From: an uncultured bacterium | GTDB lineage: Bacteria; Actinomycetota; Acidimicrobiia; Spongiisociales; UBA5794 | Assembly (NCBI GenBank): GCA_963801165.1 | Contig: CAWDDT010000009.1 | Location: forward strand, 256,001 to 320,000 | Direction: 5' to 3' | DNA length: 64,000 bases | Shown here: piece by piece, positions 37,516 to 48,194 of the stretch | Layout of the letters: each line of letters opens with the position of its first letter | Position numbering within the stretch: the first letter of the stretch is position 1 | Program-made: the position numbers and the translations under genes | Notes under the pieces: generated by a model | What the model saw: only the letters and a program-made list of their open reading frames with translations | The model's database searches: none | Told to the model about the DNA's origin: nothing

Positions 37516-39255
37516 ATGATTCCGGTCCGCTCCTACATTCGACTCTTGCACGACTACCTGAGCCGTCAGAAGCTCCGGGTGGCGTTGCTCACCATCACCA
37601 TGTTCACCTACATCGGTCTGACCCTGGTCGGCCCGCAGCTGATAAGGACGTTCCTCGATCGCGCCATCGCCGGGAACCGTACCGACACGCTCATCCCGAT
37701 CGCGGTCTGGTTCATGGTCGTTGCCGTGTTGCAGCAACTGTTCAACGTGACTGCCACGTACCTCGCCGAACAGGTCGGGTGGACCGCAACCAACGAGATG
37801 CGGGCGGACCTGGCGGCACACGTGCTCGATCTCGACATGGGCTTCCACAAGGAGCACACCCCCGGCGAGATGATCGAGCGCATCGACGGTGACGTCACCG
37901 CCCAGGCCGACTTCTTCTCCGCGTTTGCGATCCGTGTGCTGGGCAACGCGATCCTCATGGTGGGCGTGATGGTCATGCTCTGGCTGGAGAACGTCTGGGT
38001 CGGGTTTGGGATCACTCTCTTCTTCGTGATCGCCATGGGCGGCATGCTTCGGATCCAGGCCTGGGCCGTTCCGTTGTGGAAGCAGGTGCGGGCCCGTTCC
38101 GCCGAGCTGATGGGGCTGGTCGGCGAGCAGCTCGGTGGCACCGAGGACATCCGGGGCAACGGCGCCGTCGGGTACATGCTGCGCCGTTTCACCGAGATCC
38201 TGCGCGCCTGGCTCCCCGACCAGATCCGGGGCCGGATCGGTTTCGCCTCGCTGTGGGCGACCAGCATCGCCAACTACCTCGTGGGCACCAGCGTGGTGTT
38301 CTGGCTCGGCTGGCTGTTCTTCGGCAATGGGACCCTGACGCTGGGGTCGGTGTACTTGATCTTCTCGTACACCGAGATAACCCGCCGCCCCATGGAGCAG
38401 ATCCGTGAGCAGATGGAGAAGTTCCAGAAGGCCGCGGCCGGCATCTCCCGGGTGCAGGCCCTCTTCGACCGGCAAACGGCGCTCGATACCAGTGGGACCG
38501 TCCAGATTCCGGCGGGGCCGCTTCGTGTCGAGATCGAAGACGTCGTCTTCGGCTACGACGACGACATCGTGCTCGACGGGGTCTCGCTCGACCTCGAAGC
38601 CGGGCATGTCCTCGGCGTGCTCGGCCGCTCCGGCTCGGGGAAGACGACCATGGCCCGGCTCCTCACCAGGCTCTACGACCCGTTGACGGGCAGTGTGGTG
38701 CTCGGTGGTGTCGAGATCCGCGGCGCCGACATCCACAGCCTGCGCCGTCACGTCGGTATGGTCACCCAGGACGTCCAGTTGTTCCGGGCCACCATCCGCG
38801 ACAACCTGACCTTCTTCGACGAGTCGGTTTCGGACGCCCGCCTCCACGAGGTTCTCCAGGAGCTCGGTCTCGACGAGTGGCTCAGCTCGATGCCGGACGG
38901 TCTCGACACCAGGCTCGAAGCCGGTGGTGCCGGGCTGTCTGCCGGTCAGGCTCAGCTTCTCGCCTTCACCCGCATCTTTCTCGAGGACCCGGGTCTGGTG
39001 ATCCTCGACGAGGCCTCGTCGCGAGTCGATCCGGCGACGGAGAAGCTGCTCGAACGCGCCGTAGACCGGCTGCTCCAGGACAGGACCGGAATCATCATCG
39101 CCCACCGGTTGGCGACGGTGACCCGGGCCGACGACATATTGATTCTCGAGGACGGCGAGGTCATCGAGTACGGCGCACGCCGTGCCCTGGCCGCCGACCC
39201 CGGCTCCCGGCTGTCGCATCTGCTGATAACTGGGATGGAGGAGGTGCTCGCATGA
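37516..39255 (+). CDS. ABC exporter half-transporter (TMD + NBD), subunit 1
   Basis: Six TM helices, GRSGSGKTT, LSAGQAQ, ILDEASS. Confidence 0.9.
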   Translation: MIPVRSYIRLLHDYLSRQKLRVALLTITMFTYIGLTLVGPQLIRTFLDRAIAGNRTDTLIPIAVWFMVVAVLQQLFNVTATYLAEQVGWTATNEMRADLAAHVLDLDMGFHKEHTPGEMIERIDGDVTAQADFFSAFAIRVLGNAILMVGVMVMLWLENVWVGFGITLFFVIAMGGMLRIQAWAVPLWKQVRARSAELMGLVGEQLGGTEDIRGNGAVGYMLRRFTEILRAWLPDQIRGRIGFASLWATSIANYLVGTSVVFWLGWLFFGNGTLTLGSVYLIFSYTEITRRPMEQIREQMEKFQKAAAGISRVQALFDRQTALDTSGTVQIPAGPLRVEIEDVVFGYDDDIVLDGVSLDLEAGHVLGVLGRSGSGKTTMARLLTRLYDPLTGSVVLGGVEIRGADIHSLRRHVGMVTQDVQLFRATIRDNLTFFDESVSDARLHEVLQELGLDEWLSSMPDGLDTRLEAGGAGLSAGQAQLLAFTRIFLEDPGLVILDEASSRVDPATEKLLERAVDRLLQDRTGIIIAHRLATVTRADDILILEDGEVIEYGARRALAADPGSRLSHLLITGMEEVLA

Positions 39256-41078
39256 CAAGCCGCAGATCGCAACTTCCAACGGTGCGCATGATGCGCTACC
39301 TGATCAAGGCCGCCCCTGGTTGGTACGCCGCAAACGTGGTCCTGTGGGCGCTGATCTGGATCATGCCGGTCATCCCGGCGCTGATTATGCGTCGCTTCTT
39401 CGACGGGCTCGGCACGGTCGGTTTCAACCCGGCCACCCTTGTCGCAGTCCTGATGGCGTATGGCGCCGCCCGGGTCGCGGTGATGTTCACCGCCATGTGG
39501 AACGACGTGAACTTCATGTTCCGGGTCAGTTCCACACTGCGACGCAACATGCTGGAGCGCATCTTCGACCTCCCCGGGGCACAGTCCGTGAAAGAGGCTC
39601 CCGGAGAGGTCATCAGCCGCTTCCGGGAAGACGTCGAGCACGTTGAGGAGGCGACCAGCATGACGGTCGATCTCGTCGGCACGGCGTTGTTCGGCACGAT
39701 CGCGGCTCTGGTGCTTACGTCGATCAACGCACGGATGACCCTGCTGGTGTTTGCGCCGCTCCTCTTCATGGTCGTTGTCGCCGAGCGGGCGGGTACCCGT
39801 ATTCGCCGCTACCGCACCGCGGCCAGGGAGGCGACCGAGAGGATCACCGGTGCCCTCGGTGAGATGTTCGGTGCGGTCCAGTCGATCAAGGTCGCCGGTG
39901 TCGAGGAACCGATGATCGAGCACTTCAAGCGGCTCAACAAGGAGCGGCGGAAGATGATGGTTCGGGACAAGGTCCTCACCGCGGTGTTGGAGTCGGTGTT
40001 CTGGAACACGCTCAGCATCGGTACCGGGCTGATCCTGATCGTGGCGGCGGGCAACATCGCACAGGAGGGCGGTCTCACCATCGGTGAGTTCGCCTTGTTC
40101 GTTTACTTCCTCGACTTCGTCACCGATGCCGGGTGGTTCATTGGGGCGTTCATCGCCAGGCTGAAGCAAGCCGGTGTGTCGTTCGAGCGGATGTTTGCTC
40201 TGCTACATACAGACGACGTGGCGATGCTCGTCCAGCCCCGGGATCTGTACCTGACGGGTGCAATGCCGGACTTCTCGGTGCGGGAACCCGCAGCGCATTT
40301 CGACAAGCTCGAGGTGGAGCAGCTCAGCTTCTCTTATCCGGGGACTGCGAACGGGATCGAGGACATCGACCTTGTCCTCGACCGGGGGAGTTTCACTGTG
40401 CTCACCGGGAAGATCGGGTCCGGCAAGACGACCCTGTTGCGCGCGCTGCTTGGTCTGGTTCCGGCCGATGGCGGGACGGTGCGGTGGAACGGCGACGTGG
40501 TCGACGACCCGGCCAACTTCTTCGTGCCGCCACGGTCGGCCTATACGCCGCAGGTCCCCAAGCTGTTCTCGATGACGCTCCGGGAGAACCTGCTCCTCGG
40601 TCGGGGGGATTCCGACGAAGGTCTCGATGCAGCCATTCGCTCTGCTGCGCTGGACCGCGATGTGGACTCGATGCCCCATGGCCTCGACACCCTCGTCGGC
40701 CCGCTCGGTATGCGTTTGTCGGGTGGGCAGGTGCAGCGCACCGCGGCGGCACGGATGTTTATCCGCGACCCGGAGCTGCTCGTGTTCGACGATCTCTCGA
40801 GCGCCCTCGATGTCGATACTGAGAAGACACTCTGGGAGCGTCTGTTCGCAGAGCACTCCGAGGCGACGGCACTCGTCGTGTCGCACAGGCGACCCGCCCT
40901 GCAGCGCGCCGACCAGATCATCGTGCTCAGCGACGGGCGGGTCGTGGCCCGGGGAAAGCTGGACTATCTGCTCGAGACCAGCCCCGAGTTCCGCGAACTG
41001 TGGGAGACCGAGGCAGCGGGCAACGGAGCCGCGGGGGATGTCGTCGACCGGGTGGTCACGTCCGCCCAGGACGGCTAG
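39252..41078 (+). CDS. ABC exporter half-transporter (TMD + NBD), subunit 2
   Basis: ATGA overlap with subunit 1; GKIGSGKTT, LSGGQ, degenerate Walker B VFDD, as in heterodimeric exporters. Confidence 0.9.
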   Translation: MTSRRSQLPTVRMMRYLIKAAPGWYAANVVLWALIWIMPVIPALIMRRFFDGLGTVGFNPATLVAVLMAYGAARVAVMFTAMWNDVNFMFRVSSTLRRNMLERIFDLPGAQSVKEAPGEVISRFREDVEHVEEATSMTVDLVGTALFGTIAALVLTSINARMTLLVFAPLLFMVVVAERAGTRIRRYRTAAREATERITGALGEMFGAVQSIKVAGVEEPMIEHFKRLNKERRKMMVRDKVLTAVLESVFWNTLSIGTGLILIVAAGNIAQEGGLTIGEFALFVYFLDFVTDAGWFIGAFIARLKQAGVSFERMFALLHTDDVAMLVQPRDLYLTGAMPDFSVREPAAHFDKLEVEQLSFSYPGTANGIEDIDLVLDRGSFTVLTGKIGSGKTTLLRALLGLVPADGGTVRWNGDVVDDPANFFVPPRSAYTPQVPKLFSMTLRENLLLGRGDSDEGLDAAIRSAALDRDVDSMPHGLDTLVGPLGMRLSGGQVQRTAAARMFIRDPELLVFDDLSSALDVDTEKTLWERLFAEHSEATALVVSHRRPALQRADQIIVLSDGRVVARGKLDYLLETSPEFRELWETEAAGNGAAGDVVDRVVTSAQDG

Positions 41079-41134
41079 CGCGGGCCGATTCCGACCGCCT
41101 GTGAGTTGCGCTGTACTGTCGCTCACATGTAATC

Positions 41135-41166
41135 TGCACTTGTGTGCAACCGTGCACATTTGTGCA
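41135..41166. promoter_or_regulatory. tandem operator palindromes upstream of the sugar ABC operon
   Basis: TGCACTTGTGTGCA (41135-41148) and TGCACATTTGTGCA (41153-41166); the motif recurs at 55735. Confidence 0.7.
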
Positions 41167-41232
41167 GTGGCACGCAGGGGCCTGCCTTTGGCAGGTCCGA
41201 GGAGCGAGATGCCATTGGACGGAAGGAGCAAA

Positions 41233-42357
41233 ATGAATACAGGAATGAGGGCGGTTCCGCGCAGAGCGATCTGGCTCGGCGTGTTTGTCGTCGCGTTCTC
41301 GATGCTTGTCGCGGCCTGTTCCCAGGACACAAAGGACACGACGACGACAACAACAACCGAGGCGGCTGCGGTCGAGACGACTGCTGCCGGCGTCGCTATG
41401 CCTGCACCGTTCGACGGTGAGGTGAACATTGCCGTTGTTCAGAACAGCGGTGCTGGTGACTATTTCCAGCAGTGGACCAATGGTGCCAAGCTGCAAGCTG
41501 ACGCCATCGGCATCAAGTACACGTGGTACGACGCTCAGGCAGACAACGCCAAGCAGGCGACCGACATGGAGACCGCCATCGGCTCCGGTGTCGACGGTAT
41601 CGTGGTCGACCACGGTCAGACCGACACCATGTGCCCACTGATCAACGATGCCCTCAACGCCGGTATCCCGGTCGTCATCTATGACATCGCGATCGCAGAG
41701 TGTGCCCCGGATGCAGTTCAGACCCAGCAGTCCGACGCCAGCCTCGCCGATCTGTCCCTGGGACAGATGCTCGCCGACATCGGCCCGGATCAGGACGTTG
41801 GCTACGTCAACGTGCTCGGTATCGCTCCGCTCGACCGCAGGCATGTGGTCTGGCAGCAGTACACGGCCGACAACAACTGGAACCAGGTCTTCTTCGTCGG
41901 TGAGTTCACCAACGCTGTTGCTACCGACAACGCCCAGCTCGTTGACGCCGCGCTCAAGGCTAACCCCGACATTCGGGCGATCTTCGCTCCGTACGACGAG
42001 TTGACCAAGGGCACCGTATCGGCAATCAACGACAACGGCCTCGCCGATTCGATCTGGGCATACGGTATCGACATCTCGAATGCCGACATCGAGGTCATGA
42101 CCGCCGATGGCAGCCCGTGGAAGGCAACGGCCACGACCGACCCGAACGCGATCGGTGCCGCCGTCATGCGAACCATGGCTCTCGAGCTGGCGGGCCAGCA
42201 GGGCCCGCGTTCGGTGGACTTCCCCGGCGTGTTGGTGACCCAGCAGTTCCTGCTCGACAACAACATCACCAACATGGTGGACTTGCGGGCAACACTTCCC
42301 GAGCTGAACCTGTCCACCGTCCAGTCGGCAGACTGGATCCCGTCGGTCAAGTTCTAG
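41233..42357 (+). CDS. sugar ABC transporter substrate-binding lipoprotein (probably a methylthioribose/deoxypentose type)
   Basis: Lipobox VAAC; RbsB-like motifs (PLDRR, AIFAPYDE, YGIDIS); AAGGAG RBS. Substrate inferred from the adjacent mtnK/mtnA genes. Confidence 0.85.
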   Translation: MNTGMRAVPRRAIWLGVFVVAFSMLVAACSQDTKDTTTTTTTEAAAVETTAAGVAMPAPFDGEVNIAVVQNSGAGDYFQQWTNGAKLQADAIGIKYTWYDAQADNAKQATDMETAIGSGVDGIVVDHGQTDTMCPLINDALNAGIPVVIYDIAIAECAPDAVQTQQSDASLADLSLGQMLADIGPDQDVGYVNVLGIAPLDRRHVVWQQYTADNNWNQVFFVGEFTNAVATDNAQLVDAALKANPDIRAIFAPYDELTKGTVSAINDNGLADSIWAYGIDISNADIEVMTADGSPWKATATTDPNAIGAAVMRTMALELAGQQGPRSVDFPGVLVTQQFLLDNNITNMVDLRATLPELNLSTVQSADWIPSVKF

Positions 42358-42363
42358 GAGGTA

Positions 42364-42414
42364 CTCAGGTGGTCGTCGGCAGTATCAGCCGGTGGCCACC
42401 ACAATCCACCTGAG
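42364..42414 (+). other. intercistronic stem-loop after the binding-protein gene
   Basis: CTCAGGTGG...CCACCTGAG; typical position for an mRNA-stabilising hairpin. Confidence 0.4.
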
Positions 42415-42430
42415 CCCATTGTCTGAGAGG

Positions 42431-43945
42431 ATGATATCGATGGAACCGGCAGTCACGATGGAAGGCATCACAATGGCCTTCGGACCCAATGAGGTGCTGA
42501 AGGGGATTGACCTTGCCATCGAGCCGGGAAAAGTGACGGCAATGCTCGGCGCCAACGGCGCCGGCAAGTCGACGCTGATCAAGGTCCTCTCGGGTGTATA
42601 CAACGGCTACGGGGGCGTCGTCGTCATCGACGGCGCCCCCGTCGTCATCGACCATCCAACCACGGCCAGGGCACTCGGCATCGAGGCGGTGCACCAGAAA
42701 ATCGCCGACGGCATAGTGCCCGGGCTGAGCGTTGCTGAGAACCTGCTGTTCGAGGGGATCGTCAACAACCAGGTGTCGCGGGTCGCCTCTCTGCGCTCGC
42801 TGATGCCGCGGGCGCGTCAGGTTGCGTCCGTTCTCGACCTCGATTGGTCCGACGATCTGCTCAGAGGCGATGTCTACGAGCTGCCAATTGCCGATCAGCA
42901 GCTCCTCCTCCTGGCACGAGCGCTCGATCACCAACCCCGGCTGCTGATTCTCGACGAGCCCACCTCTGCGCTCTCCGAGACCGAGGCGGAGCGTCTTTTC
43001 GACGTGATTCGCCAATTGCGCGACGGCGGCGTCGCCATCTTCTATGTGTCCCACCGCATCGCAGAGATCGACAGCATCGCGGACCGCCTGCTCGTTCTGC
43101 GCGATGGGGTGATCCGCAGCGAGCAGCTGCGACCATTCGACTGGGCGGCGGCGCTCCACGACATGCTCGACGTTGACGAGGCGGATCGATCGAACCGCAG
43201 TGCTGAGCAGCGGGGCACCGATGTGGCCCTCGAGCTCGCCGGCGTGCAACTCCTCCCCAAGTCCCAGCCCTTCGACCTCGTCATCCGCTCCGGTGAGGTC
43301 ACCGGAGTGTTCGGCCTGTTGGGCTCAGGCGGTGGTCAACTCGCTCACGGGATCTTCGGCGCCGAGCCGTTCGTGTCCGGCGAGATGGTCCTCAAAGGCG
43401 AGCCCTACTCCCCGAAAGCACCGGCCGACGCCATCGCCGCCGACGTCTACATGGTTCCCGAAGACCGGGTCGGAGGAACGTTGATCAAGGGCTGGACGGT
43501 GTCGATGATCGCCACCTTCCCATTCCTCGGGGACGTGTCCCGGCTGGGTGTTCTCAATCCTCTGGCCGAGGCGAAGGTGGGCCGCTCAGTGGTCCAGGAA
43601 TTCGGCGTTGTCGCCCAGTCGGAGGCGGAATCGGTCATGTCTCTCTCCGGCGGCAACCAGCAGAAGGTCGTCGTAGGCCGCTGGCTGCGTAAGCACCCCA
43701 CCGTGATGGTTCTCAACGAACCGTTCCAGGGTGTCGACGTCGGTGCCCGCCACGATCTCGCCGAGAAGGCACGCGAAGTTGCCGGGACGGGCTCGGCGGT
43801 GATCGTGATGTCTACAGATCTAGAAGAAATAATGGAAGTTTCCGACCGGGTCGTCGTGCTCGCGGACGGAAATCTCCGACACGATGCATATCTGTCGGAG
43901 ACAAGTAGGGATGAGATCCTGCAGCGACTCTCGGAGGTTGAGTAA
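42431..43945 (+). CDS. sugar ABC transporter ATP-binding protein (RbsA-like, two NBDs)
   Basis: GANGAGKSTLIK, LDEPTSAL, VPEDR, LSGGNQQKV. Confidence 0.92.
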   Translation: MISMEPAVTMEGITMAFGPNEVLKGIDLAIEPGKVTAMLGANGAGKSTLIKVLSGVYNGYGGVVVIDGAPVVIDHPTTARALGIEAVHQKIADGIVPGLSVAENLLFEGIVNNQVSRVASLRSLMPRARQVASVLDLDWSDDLLRGDVYELPIADQQLLLLARALDHQPRLLILDEPTSALSETEAERLFDVIRQLRDGGVAIFYVSHRIAEIDSIADRLLVLRDGVIRSEQLRPFDWAAALHDMLDVDEADRSNRSAEQRGTDVALELAGVQLLPKSQPFDLVIRSGEVTGVFGLLGSGGGQLAHGIFGAEPFVSGEMVLKGEPYSPKAPADAIAADVYMVPEDRVGGTLIKGWTVSMIATFPFLGDVSRLGVLNPLAEAKVGRSVVQEFGVVAQSEAESVMSLSGGNQQKVVVGRWLRKHPTVMVLNEPFQGVDVGARHDLAEKAREVAGTGSAVIVMSTDLEEIMEVSDRVVVLADGNLRHDAYLSETSRDEILQRLSEVE

Positions 43946-45010
43946 GTGGCCACAACAACGATGACGCCGAAGGGCACGAAGCAGGGGCCGCCAGGCACCG
44001 CGCCGCGTCGAGACGCCCGTGACCTGCTCGTCAAGTACGGCTTCATAGCAGTGACGGTGATCTTTCTCGTGTACTTCATGGCGACCCTGCCGGCGTTCCG
44101 AACCTCGTCGACGATGTTCACGATGCTGAAGTACATCTCGGTCGTTGCCATTGCCGGGTTGGGTGTGACCGTAACGATGGTCGTCGGTGGTCTCGATCTC
44201 TCGGTCGGGGCGACCGCCGGCATGTCGGTGACGGTCGCCGCGATGACGATGGTCATCTATGCGCAGCAGGGCTCGGTGGCAGTCATCGCCGTCATCGCGG
44301 CGGGTGCGATCATCGGTGCCGCTAATGCGCTGTTGATCGTGCTCATGAAGATCCCCGATCTGCTGGCGACCCTGGCAACGATGTTTCTCGTCCAGGGCTT
44401 GAAGCTCGTTCCCGTCGACGGGCAGTCGGTGTCCTCGGGGCTGATCCTCCGTGACGGGTCGGTGGCTCCCGGCAAGTTCACGACTGGCTTCCTCAGGATC
44501 AACCGCGGCTCGATCGGGCCGGTGCCATTCCCCGTGATCATCTTCGCGGTACTTGCGATCTTCACCTGGTTCCTGCTCTCTCGCACCAAGTGGGGCCGGG
44601 TCATGTATGCGATCGGGTCCAACCCGGAGGCGGCCCGTCTCGCCGGTGCCCGGGTCGGTCGCTACAAGGCGTTCGCCTACATGCTCTCCGGCATCTACGC
44701 ATCGATCGCAGGCCTGATTCTTGCCTCCCGTATCGGCCAGGGTGACATCTCTGCCGGGAACTCACTACTCCTCGATGCAGTCGCCGTGGCATTGGTCGGC
44801 ACGTCGGTGCTCGGTGTCGGCAAGCCGAACGCCTTCGGCACAGCGCTCGGCGCAATCCTCATCGGCATCCTTCTCACCGGCACGACCATGATGAACTTCC
44901 AGTACTACTGGCAGGACGTCGTCAAGGGCTTCGTACTCCTGGTTGCTCTGATCTTCTCCTTCACTCTGTCGAGACGGAAGCAACGATTCCAGGCGGCGGT
45001 GCCTCTATGA
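43946..45010 (+). CDS. sugar ABC transporter permease (RbsC-like)
   Basis: GGLDLSVG, GRVMYAIGSNPEAARLAG. Confidence 0.92.
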   Translation: MATTTMTPKGTKQGPPGTAPRRDARDLLVKYGFIAVTVIFLVYFMATLPAFRTSSTMFTMLKYISVVAIAGLGVTVTMVVGGLDLSVGATAGMSVTVAAMTMVIYAQQGSVAVIAVIAAGAIIGAANALLIVLMKIPDLLATLATMFLVQGLKLVPVDGQSVSSGLILRDGSVAPGKFTTGFLRINRGSIGPVPFPVIIFAVLAIFTWFLLSRTKWGRVMYAIGSNPEAARLAGARVGRYKAFAYMLSGIYASIAGLILASRIGQGDISAGNSLLLDAVAVALVGTSVLGVGKPNAFGTALGAILIGILLTGTTMMNFQYYWQDVVKGFVLLVALIFSFTLSRRKQRFQAAVPL

Positions 45011-46122
45011 GCGCTGATCAGGCCAGCAGGACCATCTGGATCGATCCCGTCGACCCCGCCTCCGTCGTCTGTATCGATCAGCGCCTGCTCCCCTTCGAGT
45101 ACCAGGAAGTTGCCATCCGCACCTCGAGCGAGATGGCGACGACGATTGCCGACATGGTTGTCCGCGGCGCCGGGTGCATCGGGGTGTCGGCCGGCTACGG
45201 CATGTATCTGGCGGCCCTCGCCACCGACGGTCTGGGCGCCGCCGAAGCGGATGCGTCGCTACACATGGATGCCAAGGAGCTCGAGGGGAGTCGGCCGACC
45301 GCGGTCAACCTGAGCTGGGCGGTGCAGCGTCAACTGAGGGAGCTGCTCGGTGTTGAGGGTTCGGAGGAGCGGATCGCCAGGGCCAGGGCGCTGGCGGACA
45401 CTATCGCCGACGAGGACGTGTCGTACTGCGCTGCCATCGGTCGCCACGGGCTGGGCATCATCGAAGACCTCCACGACCGCAAGGGCGACACGGTCAACAT
45501 CATGACCCACTGCAATGCGGGTTGGCTGGCGTTCGTCGAGCACGGAACGGCCACTGCTCCCATGTACGCAGCCCACGCAGCGGGCATCCCCATCCATGTC
45601 TACGTCTCGGAGACGCGTCCCCGCAACCAGGGTGCCCGGCTGACGGCCTGGGAGCTGGACCGGGCCGGGATCCCGGTCACCGTGATCGCCGACAACGCGG
45701 CCGGTCACCTGCTGCAGCACGGCATGGTGGACATGGTCATCGTCGGTAGCGATAGAACCACGATCAGCGGTGACGTCGCCAACAAGATCGGCACCTACAT
45801 GAAAGCCGTGGTGGCCAAGGAGAACGGCGTCCCGTTCTACGCCGCACTGCCATCGAGCACGCTTGATCCCAAGCTGCACGACGGTGTCACCGAGATCCCG
45901 ATCGAAGAGCGGGGCGGGCACGAGGTCACCAAGACGACCGGATGGTTCGACGGCAGGCAGGTCGAGATGCAGTCGGCGGCTCCCGGCGTGGGCGCCGCCA
46001 ACTATGGGTTCGACGTCACCCCGCGCCGGTTCGTGACCGGGATCATCACCGAGCGCGGTGTCTGCGAGGCGAACGAACAAGCAATCCTGGCGATGTATCC
46101 CGAGTTCGCCGCAAAGGGATGA
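45007..46122 (+). CDS. mtnA: S-methyl-5-thioribose-1-phosphate isomerase, paralogue 1
   Basis: DQRLLP, MVVRGAG, RPTAVNL, THCNAGWLA, ETRPRNQG, ANKIGT, FDVTP. Confidence 0.88.
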   Translation: MSADQASRTIWIDPVDPASVVCIDQRLLPFEYQEVAIRTSSEMATTIADMVVRGAGCIGVSAGYGMYLAALATDGLGAAEADASLHMDAKELEGSRPTAVNLSWAVQRQLRELLGVEGSEERIARARALADTIADEDVSYCAAIGRHGLGIIEDLHDRKGDTVNIMTHCNAGWLAFVEHGTATAPMYAAHAAGIPIHVYVSETRPRNQGARLTAWELDRAGIPVTVIADNAAGHLLQHGMVDMVIVGSDRTTISGDVANKIGTYMKAVVAKENGVPFYAALPSSTLDPKLHDGVTEIPIEERGGHEVTKTTGWFDGRQVEMQSAAPGVGAANYGFDVTPRRFVTGIITERGVCEANEQAILAMYPEFAAKG

Positions 46123-46151
46123 AGACCGGGTAGCGGGGCAGAAGGAAACCA

Positions 46152-48119
46152 ATGCACAACAGGTGGAGTGAGGAGCGGGCGGCCGGCTTCGAGAGCCCTC
46201 TCGATCGGTGCGTGTATGCCTCGAGACTGCTCGGCGCAGACACGGCGCTCGTTCTGCACGGCGGCGGCAACACATCTGTGAAGCTCAGGGAGCAGAATCT
46301 CTACGGCGAGCCGGTCGATGTGCTCTACATCAAGGCGAGCGGTCGAGACCTCGTCGACATTGACGACGAGGGATTTGCCCCTCTCGACCTCACCCGGGTG
46401 CGCCGGCTCGTCGAGCTGGATGAGCTCTCGGATACCGCGATGCTCAACGAGTTGAAGGGGGCCCGGCTGAGCGCAGACGCACCCGTGCCCTCGGTCGAGG
46501 CGATCCTGCACGCAATCATCCCCAGCCACGCCGTGCAGCACGCTCATCCCAACGCGCTCCTCGCCATATCGAACACCGTCGACGGTGAGGAGAAGGTCAG
46601 AAAGCTATACGGGAGCCGAGTGGTCGTCGTTCCGTACACGATGTCGGGATTCCGCGCCGCGACCGCGGCCGCAAGGGCCTACGCCCGGGAGGCGACCGGC
46701 GAAACTGAAGGTGTTGTGCTCATGAACCACGGCATCTTCACCTTCGGGGATTCACCCCGCGAGGCATATCACCGGATGGTCGACCTGGTCGGTGCCGCCG
46801 AGGACTTCCTCGCCGAGCACTCGATGGGGGGAGAGTCGCCCCGGCCGGATCGAGAGCCCCCGGTCATCGACCGGTGCGACCTGGCCGGCCTCCGCAAGGA
46901 GATCTCGGATATCGCCGGGAAGCCGTGCATCGTGCGTCGTCACCGTGACGAGGTCAGCTGGGCGTTCTCGCAGCGCCCCGACCTGGCAGCGGTGAGCCAG
47001 CAGGGAGTAGCAACACCCGACCATGTCATCTGGACCAAGCGGGTTCCGCTCCTGGGTCGGGACGTTGCCACCTACGCCAAGGACTACGAGGCCTACTTCG
47101 ACGAATATGCGGTCGGGCGCGCGCTCCGAATGCTCGATCCGGCGCCACGGGTGATCATCGACCCCGAGTTGGGGATGGTCACCGCCGGGCCCGATGTCGA
47201 CGCCGAGCAGGCGGCCGCCGACATCTATCTCCAGATCATCGACGTCATCGAGCACGCTGAGGGCCTGGGCGGCTACTCCGCCCTTCCCGCCGGTGACATT
47301 TTCGATCTCGAGTATTGGGAGCTGGAGCAGCTGAAGCTCGACCTCGTTCCCCATGAGGGTGAGTTCACCGGCGAGGTCGCCGTGGTCACCGGGGCGAACT
47401 CAGGGATCGGGCGTGGCTGCGCGCTGGCGCTGCTGGCAAAGGGAGCGGCAGTAGTGGGCCTCGACATCAACCCCGCGGTTTCCGAGATGTCGGACGATCC
47501 CGCCTTCTACGGCATCCAGTGTGACCTCTCCTCGCCGCAGGAAACCTCGGCCGCGCTCGACCGTGGTGTCGAGCGATTCGGCGGCGTCGACATGCTCGTG
47601 GCCGCCGCAGGGCTCTTCCCCGAATCGTCCCCGATCTCCGCTCACGACCCGACCGCGTGGCGCCGAGCCATGTCCGTCAACGTCGACGGACTGGTGCAAC
47701 TCCTGTCGATGATGCACCCCCTCCTCGTGCAGGCGCCGCGCGGCGGTCGTGTCGTGGTGATCGGATCGAAGAACGTCGTCGCACCCGGTCCGGGCGCCAG
47801 CGCCTACTCGGCTTCCAAGGCAGCCGCCAACCAGATCGCACGTGTCGCGGCGCTCGAATGGGCGCCGGAGGGGATCAGGGTCAACTCGGTCCATCCGGAC
47901 GCGGTCTTCGATACCGCATTGTGGACACCGGAGCTCCTGGCGGCACGGGCGGCGCACTACGGCATGACCGTTGAGGACTACAAGCGCCGCAACCTGATGA
48001 GTGTGGAGATCACCAGCGCCGCGGTCGGCGAGGTCGTTGCCACGATGCTCGGCGACGTCTTCGGCACGATTACGGGGGCGCATATCCCCATAGACGGCGG
48101 CAACGACCGCGTGATTTGA
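46152..48119 (+). CDS. bifunctional class II aldolase / short-chain dehydrogenase
   Basis: N-terminal GGGNTSVK, PSVEAILH, HAHP, NHG; C-terminal TGANSGIG, YSASK. Confidence 0.88.
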   Translation: MHNRWSEERAAGFESPLDRCVYASRLLGADTALVLHGGGNTSVKLREQNLYGEPVDVLYIKASGRDLVDIDDEGFAPLDLTRVRRLVELDELSDTAMLNELKGARLSADAPVPSVEAILHAIIPSHAVQHAHPNALLAISNTVDGEEKVRKLYGSRVVVVPYTMSGFRAATAAARAYAREATGETEGVVLMNHGIFTFGDSPREAYHRMVDLVGAAEDFLAEHSMGGESPRPDREPPVIDRCDLAGLRKEISDIAGKPCIVRRHRDEVSWAFSQRPDLAAVSQQGVATPDHVIWTKRVPLLGRDVATYAKDYEAYFDEYAVGRALRMLDPAPRVIIDPELGMVTAGPDVDAEQAAADIYLQIIDVIEHAEGLGGYSALPAGDIFDLEYWELEQLKLDLVPHEGEFTGEVAVVTGANSGIGRGCALALLAKGAAVVGLDINPAVSEMSDDPAFYGIQCDLSSPQETSAALDRGVERFGGVDMLVAAAGLFPESSPISAHDPTAWRRAMSVNVDGLVQLLSMMHPLLVQAPRGGRVVVIGSKNVVAPGPGASAYSASKAAANQIARVAALEWAPEGIRVNSVHPDAVFDTALWTPELLAARAAHYGMTVEDYKRRNLMSVEITSAAVGEVVATMLGDVFGTITGAHIPIDGGNDRVI

Positions 48120-48194
48120 GAACACCGCACGTGAGGTGCGGAGAAAAGTTGACAGATAGCTAGCCCCTCGGAGCAGGGGACAGGAGGATGGAGA

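Noticed and set aside
48149-48154. TTGACA upstream of the lsrF-like gene as an internal promoter
   Set aside because: No credible -10 element at 16-18 bp spacing.
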